Assembly (NCBI GenBank): GCA_044342325.1
Contig: JBIIPZ010000045.1
Coordinates: 1 to 19,996, forward strand
Direction of reading: 5' to 3'
Length of the DNA: 19,996 nucleotides
DNA from: Terrimicrobiaceae bacterium
GTDB taxonomy: Bacteria > Verrucomicrobiota > Verrucomicrobiia > Chthoniobacterales > Terrimicrobiaceae
The notes beneath the pieces were generated by a model. That model had not been told where the DNA came from, ran no database searches, and saw only the letters and a program-made list of their open reading frames with translations. Below are positions 1 to 7,424 of this stretch, one piece after another. The position numbers were made by a program, and so were the translations under genes. The number at the start of each line of letters is the position of its first letter. The stretch's first letter is position 1.

Positions 1-162
1 AGCTGTTTTGTATTAACTTATTTCTGGACGAATCCTTAGGAGAAATGCCGGATCGTTTGTAGCACAGGTCGTTGCGCTCTTCTCGAACTTGCGGGAAGAA
101 AGCGTGCGACCTGAAGCTTGTTTTCGTGGGCGGCCGCGACAACGAAGCCGCCAGGAACGAAA

Positions 163-387
163 ATGAGTGCCGTCCCAAAAAGTCCCACGCCCACCGCCAA
201 CCAGATCGAGTTTTTAGAAGAGGTCGTGAAACACCTCACCGCCAACGGCGTGATGGACGCCGCCCGCCTCTACGAACCGCCCTACACCTTCATCCACGAC
301 CAAGGCGTCGAAGGCGTAATCGACAGCCTCCAAGTGGACGAACTCATCTCCATCCTCGAAGAGGTCAAAAACCGGGCGATTGCGTAG
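163..387 (+). pseudogene. Orphan C-terminal fragment of a type I restriction enzyme R subunit (EcoEI R C-terminal-like domain)
   Basis: TANQIEFLEEVVKHLTANGVMDAARLYEPPYT...GVEGV...VDELISIL resembles the extreme C-terminus of EcoEI-type HsdR proteins (recognised from memory). In-frame TGA at 112-114 upstream means it is not attached to a nuclease/helicase region. ATG at 163, TAG at 385-387. Confidence 0.7.
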
Positions 388-490
388 GCGTCTTCTCGAA
401 ATCGTCTGCGGCCAACACGAAAAGCCTTTGGTGGCTGCTCGTCTTTCCTGCCGCCGTGCCGCCTTAGACACCCGCTCGCGCTGGCTCACA

Positions 491-520
491 ATTGCAGTTT
501 TTCTGCATTTCTGCAATATT
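491..520 (+). promoter_or_regulatory. Putative promoter/operator of the toxin-antitoxin operon
   Basis: Inverted repeat ATTGCAG (491-497)/CTGCAAT (511-517) and tandem TTTCTGCA x2 (500-515). These overlap a -35-like TTGCAG (492-497) and, 17 bp later, AATATT (515-520), just upstream of the antitoxin ATG at 527. Confidence 0.6.
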
Positions 521-526
521 GGCTCG

Positions 527-772
527 ATGAAAGCCACACTCACCATATCCGGACGCGGACTCATTGCCTTGCCTGCAAAGATGCGGGAGGCGGCAGGTAT
601 CCGGCCCCAGGACAACCTCATCGCCGAAACTACGCCAGAGGGCATTCTCCTCCGTCCGGCGGTCACGGTGCCCATCGAGATTTACACAGACGAGCGCATC
701 GCCGAGTTCGATCAAGCCGAGGCCGAGTTGGCCGATTGGTTTCAGAAACACCCGCTCCTTGCGACCCCATAG
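527..772 (+). CDS. AbrB/MazE/SpoVT-family antitoxin (VapB-like), 81 aa
   Basis: MKATLTISGRGLIALPAKMREAAGIRPQDNLIAETTPEGILLRP is a swapped-hairpin AbrB fold pattern, followed by an acidic C-terminal tail. It lies 3 nt upstream of a PIN gene. Start moved from ORF-track 380 to ATG 527. Confidence 0.9.
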   Translation: MKATLTISGRGLIALPAKMREAAGIRPQDNLIAETTPEGILLRPAVTVPIEIYTDERIAEFDQAEAELADWFQKHPLLATP

Positions 773-775
773 CCG

Positions 776-1234
776 ATGCGTATTTTCCTCGACGCCAATA
801 TCCTTTTCTCTGTAGCCAAATCCGCCGGAGCCATCCGCCGACTCGTCGAGGAAATCCAAGCGTGCGCCCATGAATGCGTCGCCGATGAATATGTGATCGC
901 CGAGGCCCGCAGAAATCTGGAGCAAAAATTCTCCACCGCACTACCCGATTTCGAGAACGTCCTGCGCGGCATCTACCGCCTCGCTAGCCCGCTTACATTT
1001 GCATCCCCCAACCTCGCCCTACTCCTACCAGAAAAAGACCGCCCCGTGCTCGCCTCCGCCATCCAACACCGGTGCCAAGCGCTCCTCACCGGCGACAAAA
1101 CCCATTTCGGCCGACTCTACGGCCAAACCATCGCCGGCGTATCGATTCATTCCCCGCAGGGCCTTGCGGAGTCGCTCTCAGACGAGACAGAGGCGAAGGG
1201 CAAAAAAGCCAAGAAGAAGGGGACAACGACATGA
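776..1234 (+). CDS. PIN-domain ribonuclease toxin (VapC-like)
   Basis: N-terminal RIFLDANILFS, central EARRN, KDRPVLASA and LLTGDKTHF carry the PIN acidic catalytic residues. Directly downstream of the antitoxin. Confidence 0.9.
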   Translation: MRIFLDANILFSVAKSAGAIRRLVEEIQACAHECVADEYVIAEARRNLEQKFSTALPDFENVLRGIYRLASPLTFASPNLALLLPEKDRPVLASAIQHRCQALLTGDKTHFGRLYGQTIAGVSIHSPQGLAESLSDETEAKGKKAKKKGTTT

Positions 1235-1356
1235 AGCCTACAGGGCAGCATGCTGTTTACACGAAAGAACACCTGCGAGCTTGTGGCCGCCTGAGTGGGA
1301 CGGTCTCTTTGAGAGCCTGTGGCACCGAGCGTTTCGCGGGGAACTTTGAAACATGA
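1231..1356 (+). CDS. Putative 41-aa small protein (MKPTGQHAVYTKEHLR...NFET)
   Basis: ATG overlaps the toxin stop (ATGA 1231-1234), and its TGA overlaps the next ATG (ATGA 1353-1356). Purine-rich AAGAAGGGG lies upstream. No recognisable family. Confidence 0.35.
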   Translation: MKPTGQHAVYTKEHLRACGRLSGTVSLRACGTERFAGNFET

Positions 1357-1775
1357 GCGCGCGCGTTTCCACCTCCGAAAAGATTCGCCAAATCGTTCAC
1401 GATATCGATTTGCGCGGCAATGCGCCGCTCACGCGATTGACGGTGTTAAAAAAATGGTTGGAAGCCCCGAATCGCCTGCCTGCTCTCGGGCTGTGGATTG
1501 CGAGCCGCGCCGCCACTGACAATGCCGGCAAGGAACCTGAGGAGGCGGCTTTGATCGAGAAGGCGCGAGTTTGTTTACAAGGCCTGAACGAACCAGGGAA
1601 TCGGGATCGCCGCTTGAACCGGCGATCCATCGAGGCGCTTCAAAAAGAGGCGTCTCAATACAAGAGGGAGTTTCGCGGTCAGCAATGAGACCTCGTGCGC
1701 GTTATCAACTCCTGGCCCTTGTATCTCATCGAGGCCGGTCTGGCACTGGTCCTCGAAGGCCATCCGCATCCCTCA
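1353..1775 (+). pseudogene. Hypothetical protein gene interrupted by an in-frame TGA (1686-1688), probably also 3'-truncated
   Basis: ORF 1353..1688 and ORF 1695..1967 share a frame. Protein-like sequence runs across the stop (EFRGQQ*DLVRVINSWPLYLIEAGLALVLEGHPHPS), then decays into A-rich, non-coding-like sequence after ~1775. Confidence 0.6.
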
Positions 1776-2054
1776 ACCTTCGCTGAAAACACGCTTCGTT
1801 TGGTGCACAAAAAGAATGCTGTAAAAAAAATCCCAAATCGATCCCGAACGGTCCGCTTTCCAAGCGACTTGGCGCCGAATGCAACACCTCCACACATATC
1901 GGCACGCCATCCAAAAAGCCCCGATAAATTCCTGCCGCGCCAGCGCGGTTCAAAAATCCATCGCTAAATCAGATGAAATGTCTCTGGTTGAACTTGCCCT
2001 ACCTTGCAGGGATGTCTTGTCGCGGAGCACCTGCTCCGATACGCAAGAGATTGT

Positions 2055-3584
2055 ATGTCCACCAAACCATTGACCGGCCATGAATGCCCTGGCGACCCGT
2101 GCACGATTGTGATCTTCGGAGCATCGGGAGACCTCACCAAGCGCAAGCTCCTCCCAGCCCTTTACAATCTCAAAGCCCTCAAGCTTCTGCCTGAGAATTT
2201 CGCCGTGATCGGCGTGGCGGTGAGCGACAGCAACGACGAGCTTTTCCGCACGCAGATTACCTCGGATATCCAGCAATTCGCTACTCGTCCGGTTGATCAG
2301 GCCGAGTGGGACGAATTTTCCAAGCGCAGCTACTACCTCGCCGGAGATTTCAACAATCCAGAAACCTTCCAGCACCTCGGAGCAAAGATAACAGATGTCC
2401 AAAAAACCTGGAATCTGCCCGGCAATGTTCTTTTCTACCTGGCCATCGCGCCGACCTTCTTCGGCAAGGTCGTCGAGCAACTTGGAAATGCCGGTCTCAC
2501 CGAGGAAAAGCCGGATGCCTGGCGCCGAGTCATCATTGAAAAACCCTTCGGCCACGATTTGCAGAGCGCCCGCGACCTGAATGCAGACCTCACCAAGCAT
2601 GTCGCTGAGTCGCAGATTTACCGCATCGACCACTACCTCGGCAAAGAAACCGTGCAGAACATCATGGTCTTCCGCTTCGGGAACAGCGTGTTCGAGCCGA
2701 TCTGGAACCGCCGCTACATCGACTATGTGCAGATCACCGTCGCCGAGGAACTCGGCGTGGAGCTGCGCGGCGGCTACTACGACCACTCCGGCGTGACGCG
2801 CGATATGGTGCAAAACCACATCCTCTCCGTGCTCTCGCTCGTGGCCATGGAGCCTCCCACCTCGATCTCCGGCGACAGCGTGCGCAATGAGAAGGTGAAG
2901 GTCCTTGAGGCCATTCGCCCGATGGAGCCTGAGGAAGTCCTCGCCAACACCGTCCGCGGGCAATACGGCGCCGGTATCATCGACGGAAAAAATGTCCCCG
3001 CCTACCGCACCGAGCCGAATGTGAATCCGCAGTCAAACACCGAGACCTTCGTCGCAATGAAGCTCGAGGTCGACAACTGGCGCTGGGCCGATGTGCCATT
3101 CTACATACGCAGCGGCAAGCGCCTCGCCGCTCGCACGACGCAGATCGTCATCGGCTTCAAGCGCACCCCTCTCCTGCTCTTCGGAAAAGGTGTTGAAGAC
3201 AATATCATGCCAAACCGCTTGGTGATCCATGTGCAACCCGACGAGGGCATCACGATGGATATCCATGCCAAGCGCCCAGGGCCTGGAATCTCGATCGCCA
3301 ATGTGCCGCTCGACTTCAGTTATCAGGAATTTGGCGAATCCAATGCTGCGACCGGCTACGAGACGCTTCTCTACGATTGCATGATCGGCGACATGACGCT
3401 CTTCCACCGCTACGACAGCGTGGACGCCTCCTGGCGCATCGTGAATCCCATCCTGGATGTCTGGCAGGCTCTTCACCCCCGCGACTTCCCGAACTACGCC
3501 GCTGGCACTTGGGGCCCCGAGGCGTCAGACCGCCTCATCGAAAAATCTGGCCACTCCTGGCACCACTACCAGCTTCAAAAGTGA
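2055..3584 (+). CDS. zwf: Glucose-6-phosphate 1-dehydrogenase
   Basis: IFGASGDLTKRKL dinucleotide-binding motif, EKPFG, RIDHYLGKE signature, GYYD...RDMVQNH and RWADVPFYIRSGK. Start placed at ATG 2055. Confidence 0.97.
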   Translation: MSTKPLTGHECPGDPCTIVIFGASGDLTKRKLLPALYNLKALKLLPENFAVIGVAVSDSNDELFRTQITSDIQQFATRPVDQAEWDEFSKRSYYLAGDFNNPETFQHLGAKITDVQKTWNLPGNVLFYLAIAPTFFGKVVEQLGNAGLTEEKPDAWRRVIIEKPFGHDLQSARDLNADLTKHVAESQIYRIDHYLGKETVQNIMVFRFGNSVFEPIWNRRYIDYVQITVAEELGVELRGGYYDHSGVTRDMVQNHILSVLSLVAMEPPTSISGDSVRNEKVKVLEAIRPMEPEEVLANTVRGQYGAGIIDGKNVPAYRTEPNVNPQSNTETFVAMKLEVDNWRWADVPFYIRSGKRLAARTTQIVIGFKRTPLLLFGKGVEDNIMPNRLVIHVQPDEGITMDIHAKRPGPGISIANVPLDFSYQEFGESNAATGYETLLYDCMIGDMTLFHRYDSVDASWRIVNPILDVWQALHPRDFPNYAAGTWGPEASDRLIEKSGHSWHHYQLQK

Positions 3585-4585
3585 TGTCCGCACGGCAGCA
3601 CCTCATCCTCGCTGGCGACATCGGCGGCACGAAAACCAATCTTGCCCTGTTCGGCGTCGCAGGAAACTCCCTGTCGATTCTCCGCGAGCAGCGATACCCG
3701 AGCGCAGGCTATCCCGGCTTGAACGCCATGCTGCGTGAGTTTCTTGGACGCGACACCCCGCCTGTGCTGGCGGCGGGCTTTGGCATTCCGGGCGTCGTGA
3801 GCAATGGACGCGCCAAGCCCACCAACCTCACTTGGGGTGTCGATGCCGCTGAGATTGCCCAAGAATTTGGAATTCCCCATGTCGCTGTTTTGAATGACCT
3901 CGAAGCGAATGCCCACGGCATCGCACATCTTCAGGCGAGCGACTTTGCGATTGTGCAGCAAGGCGCCGCCGGATCCAAAGGCAACCGCTGCGTCGTCTCG
4001 CCCGGCACCGGACTCGGGCAGGCTGGGCTTTACTGGGATGGCCACAAACACCATGTCTGGGCCTGCGAGGGCGGACATGCGGATTTTGCACCCAGGAACG
4101 AACTCGAGATCGCGCTGCTTGAATATCTCATCAAGCAATACGGCCATGTCAGTGCCGAACGGGTCGCCTCCGGACTTGGCATCGAAAATATCTACAAATT
4201 TCTCCGCGACACCGGCCGTGGCAAGGAACTGCCCGCCGTAGCCGATGAAATGAAACAAACCGACGTCGGTGCCGTGATCGCGAAGTATGCGAACTCCGGT
4301 GAGTGCCTGATGTGCGCCAAGACGCTCGATATTTTCGTCAACTGCCTCGGAGCCGAAGCCTCGAATATGGCACTGAAAACCATGTCCACCGGCGGCGTTT
4401 TCCTGGGCGGCGGCATACCCGTGAAGCTCCTCAGCCACATTCAGAGCGTCGCATTTCTCCACGCCTTCAATGACAAGGGCAGACTCTCCTCCGTTATGGA
4501 AAACATGCCCGTCCTCGTCATCCTGAATGACCAGGCCGCACTGCTCGGCGCCGCCTACCACGCTCTCGACAAGGCGACCAACTGA
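3584..4585 (+). CDS. glk: Glucokinase (E. coli Glk family)
   Basis: LAGDIGGTKTN, LNDLEA, PGTGLG, EGGH, SAERVASG and GGVFLGGGI motifs. TGATG overlap with the zwf stop defines the start at 3584. Confidence 0.95.
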   Translation: MSARQHLILAGDIGGTKTNLALFGVAGNSLSILREQRYPSAGYPGLNAMLREFLGRDTPPVLAAGFGIPGVVSNGRAKPTNLTWGVDAAEIAQEFGIPHVAVLNDLEANAHGIAHLQASDFAIVQQGAAGSKGNRCVVSPGTGLGQAGLYWDGHKHHVWACEGGHADFAPRNELEIALLEYLIKQYGHVSAERVASGLGIENIYKFLRDTGRGKELPAVADEMKQTDVGAVIAKYANSGECLMCAKTLDIFVNCLGAEASNMALKTMSTGGVFLGGGIPVKLLSHIQSVAFLHAFNDKGRLSSVMENMPVLVILNDQAALLGAAYHALDKATN

Positions 4586-4617
4586 GGTTCGCGCCCTGAC
4601 TTCGAGGCGGGATCGGA

Positions 4618-5487
4618 TCAGGTGAAGCGGATTTCTCCCGAGGGGCTGATGAAACGCTGGATGGTCGCGAGGATTTCAGGAATGGCGGCATCCATTTCGT
4701 TATCCTTGAAACCAACCTCCTTGAGCGCGTCCTCATCCGGTTCGTAGTAGAAACCATCAACGCCCACGCCGTAACCGATCTGTGTGGCGACATGTTTGGC
4801 GGCGTGGATGAGGGTCGCAATTTTTCTTTCCGAATCGGGGCACTCCGAGGGGGTTTGATAGAACTGCCCAACAGAAACAAAAGTGGACGGGAAGCCCCAG
4901 TTTTCCAAAAGGGCCTTGGTGACTTGGGTGGATTCAAAGCCCAGGATCACCTTTTCCGCTTCACGCCAGGTAGCGAACTCATCCGGAACACGGTTCGTGA
5001 TGTCATCCAACGCCGTGAAATTGGCGTAAGCGAGGGCGAATTTTCCGAGGTCGTGAATCAGGCCGGCAGTGTAGGCCGTCGCGGAATCGGCCAACTGCAT
5101 TTTTGTAGCGAAAGTCTCGGCGCAGATCGCAACACAGAGCGAGTGGCGGCAAAGATCGCCGGGTTCCCAACCGTAGCCCCGCACGGGATGAACGAGCCAG
5201 CGACCTGTAAGAGTGGAGGCCGCGATCCGGTAGAGAACTTTGCTGCCAAGCCGCAGGATGGCGTCGGAGATATTTTCGCAGCGCTGGTTGCTTGCGAAGT
5301 AGGCGGAATTTGCAGTTCGCAAAACATCGGTGGCAAGACCCGTGTCCAAGTTAATGAGCATTTCCATCTCACCGAGGTCCGAGGAACTCCCCTCCGCGAG
5401 CTTGAGGAGCTTAGGAAGAATGGCTGGAGCGCAGGGGATGGAACGCGTCATCTCGACGACTGTCTGGAGGTCAGCGGCGGATTTCAT
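4618..5487 (-). CDS. Stand-alone HDOD-domain protein
   Basis: D-x-x-L...VLRTANSAYF, ISDAILRLG, LCRHSLCVA, AYTAGLIHDLGK, AEKVILG and LLENWGFP are HDOD motifs. TGATG overlap with the upstream cheD. Confidence 0.92.
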   Translation of the reverse strand: MKSAADLQTVVEMTRSIPCAPAILPKLLKLAEGSSSDLGEMEMLINLDTGLATDVLRTANSAYFASNQRCENISDAILRLGSKVLYRIAASTLTGRWLVHPVRGYGWEPGDLCRHSLCVAICAETFATKMQLADSATAYTAGLIHDLGKFALAYANFTALDDITNRVPDEFATWREAEKVILGFESTQVTKALLENWGFPSTFVSVGQFYQTPSECPDSERKIATLIHAAKHVATQIGYGVGVDGFYYEPDEDALKEVGFKDNEMDAAIPEILATIQRFISPSGEIRFT

Positions 5488-5999
5488 CAGCGGATAAATT
5501 CAGGTTTGGAGGGGATTTTCACAATGACATCGCCAGTCTGGTTATTCAGTCGAATAGTCCGGTTCACCCGTCCGCTGACTTCCCATGAGACGACATCCAA
5601 CTCCATTTCGTGGCTGATTCGGTAGAACATATCGATGTTCTTGGAGCCGATTCGAAAGAAGTTGTCGGTGGCCATGAGCTGGGCACCACCGAAGACCTTG
5701 CATCGGATATCACCCTTCTTCGCTCCGGCGCGAATCAAGGCTGTGAGTAAACGAGGAATCCCCGTGTCGAGGAACATGGCCTCGCGGATTTTTTGCCCCT
5801 CATGAAGAGTGGCCGAGGGTAGCATGGCATGGAGCATCCCGCCGATGCGGCGCTTGGAGTCATGAAATGTAACTCCCAAGCAGGAACCCAGCGCGTGCGT
5901 CGCGAGATAGGTAGATGGTTCGGTGCTGATTTTGAAATCAGCGACACCCACAATGATGGTCGGCATCTGCTCAGCGACAGGATTGAAGGTGGAAGCCAT
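5487..5999 (-). CDS. cheD: CheD-family glutamine deamidase
   Basis: IVGVAD, THALGSCLGV (catalytic Cys), GGMLHAMLP (catalytic His), KVFGGA, IGSKN and SGRVNRTI. Start moved to ATG 5999 because the longer ORF overlaps hflX. Confidence 0.92.
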   Translation of the reverse strand: MASTFNPVAEQMPTIIVGVADFKISTEPSTYLATHALGSCLGVTFHDSKRRIGGMLHAMLPSATLHEGQKIREAMFLDTGIPRLLTALIRAGAKKGDIRCKVFGGAQLMATDNFFRIGSKNIDMFYRISHEMELDVVSWEVSGRVNRTIRLNNQTGDVIVKIPSKPEFIR

Positions 6000-6132
6000 T
6001 CGGGTGACGAGGAAGCTAATGGATTCGAAGAATGAAGAAAGCGTAATTTCAAAGCGCATTGAGTTGGCATGCGGGTAGTCACTGCGTTGCCTTGCGGCCG
6101 ATCGACGGCGATGCCATTCTGGTGACTGCGGA

Positions 6133-7410
6133 ATGTTTGAGATCAAAGAAAAACCCAAAATGGTGGAGAGGGCTATGCTCGTAGGGGCATACTGTGGCAA
6201 TGCGAGCGAATCCGAGGCTTCGAGCCTGTTGGACGAACTGGCCGAGTTGGTCAACACGCTTGGGATTCCCATCGTTGGGCGGCAACTTGTGCATCACCGC
6301 GAACCGCACGCCCGGTATCTCATGGGCTCGGGAAAAGCGGAGGAACTCGCCGGCATTGCTAAGGAAGCCCAAGCGGATGTGATCATCTTCGACAATGAAC
6401 TCATTCCCTCCCAGCAGAGGAACTGGGAAAAGCTCACCGGGATGCTTGTGATCGACCGCCAGGAAGTGATCCTGGATATTTTTGCAAAGCGTGCTCAGAC
6501 GATGGAAGCTCGCCTGCAGGTGGATTTGGCTCGAATGGAGTATTCGCTCCCGCGCTTGGTTCGCGCTTGGTCGCACCTTGGAAAACAAGGCGGCGGCATC
6601 GGCTCCAAAGGCGAAGGCGAGTCACAGCTTGAACAGGACAAACGCAAAATCCGTGGCCAGATCGATCGCCTGAAGAGCGAGTTGGAAGCGGTGAAGCGCC
6701 GCCGGGCCACGCAGCGCAAGGACCGGAAGCGTGCTCCTGTGCCCAATGCCGCCATCGTTGGCTACACGAATGCTGGCAAGTCCTCGCTTCTCCGCGCTCT
6801 CACCGGCGCCCAGGTGCTCGTGGAGGACAAGCTCTTCGCAACACTCGACACCACCACACGCAAAATCGCCCTACCAAACAACCAGCCACTGCTTCTCACA
6901 GACACCGTGGGTTTTGTTCGCAAGCTCCCTCACGGACTCGTTGAGGCTTTCAATGCCACGCTGGAGGAGGCTGTGATGTCGGACTTCCTGATCCATGTCC
7001 TCGATGTCAGCCAGCCGGAGGTGATGGATTTTTACGAAACCACGCGCAGCGTTCTGCATGAACTCGGAGCCGATTCGCGCCGCACTTTGATTGTCTTCAA
7101 TAAAATCGACAATGTGGCCGATGAGTCTGTGATCCGCGAAATGCGCTCACGCTTTCCTGAGGCTGTGTTTATTTCAGTCAAAACAGGTGCCGGCATTGAA
7201 GAACTGGTGAGTCGCATCAGCGAATTTGTGGCTGACGATCTCGTCACCATGGAACTTCAGATCCCACAGAGCCGAGCAGATCTCATTGCTCGACTACACC
7301 GCGAAGCCGATATCCGGCACTCCGAATATATCGACAACGATGTTCGCCTGCGTGTGCGACTTGCGCCCAAGGCCGCAAGCGCCTACTCGACTTTCCGCGT
7401 GGGAATTTGA
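6133..7410 (+). CDS. hflX: Ribosome-splitting GTPase HflX
   Basis: IDRQEVILDIFAKRA, LQVDLA...YSLPRL, GEGESQLEQD, G1 GYTNAGKSS, G2 LFATLDTT, G3 DTVGF and G4 NKID. Confidence 0.97.
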   Translation: MFEIKEKPKMVERAMLVGAYCGNASESEASSLLDELAELVNTLGIPIVGRQLVHHREPHARYLMGSGKAEELAGIAKEAQADVIIFDNELIPSQQRNWEKLTGMLVIDRQEVILDIFAKRAQTMEARLQVDLARMEYSLPRLVRAWSHLGKQGGGIGSKGEGESQLEQDKRKIRGQIDRLKSELEAVKRRRATQRKDRKRAPVPNAAIVGYTNAGKSSLLRALTGAQVLVEDKLFATLDTTTRKIALPNNQPLLLTDTVGFVRKLPHGLVEAFNATLEEAVMSDFLIHVLDVSQPEVMDFYETTRSVLHELGADSRRTLIVFNKIDNVADESVIREMRSRFPEAVFISVKTGAGIEELVSRISEFVADDLVTMELQIPQSRADLIARLHREADIRHSEYIDNDVRLRVRLAPKAASAYSTFRVGI

Positions 7411-7424
7411 AGCCCTGGTTGAGG

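Noticed and set aside
1..62. Possible 3' end of an upstream gene (frame 3, ending TAG at 60-62)
   Set aside because: Only 19 codons are visible, which is too little to identify.
1686..1730. TGA as selenocysteine or genetic-code reassignment
   Set aside because: No SECIS-like hairpin is evident downstream, the context is not a redox motif, and TGA is clearly used as stop in zwf, glk, hflX, hisF and others.
1950..2963. 337-aa antisense ORF over zwf (likewise 3575-4561, 4792-5625, 15296-16018 and 17177-18001)
   Set aside because: Shadow ORFs opposite well-conserved genes, expected from GC-rich codon bias, with no recognisable motifs.
3377..3583. Long N-terminal extensions of glk (also antitoxin 380-526, bioA 10943-11131, amidase 13133-13372, hisF 13184-13246)
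   Set aside because: They overlap neighbouring genes or promoters and lack family similarity; better starts exist downstream.
4586..4617. Terminator between glk and the HDOD gene
   Set aside because: Only a 4-bp CGCC/GGCG stem and no U-tract.
6000..6272. N-terminal extension of cheD in the ORF track
   Set aside because: It overlaps the divergent hflX, and CheD similarity begins only after Met at 5999.
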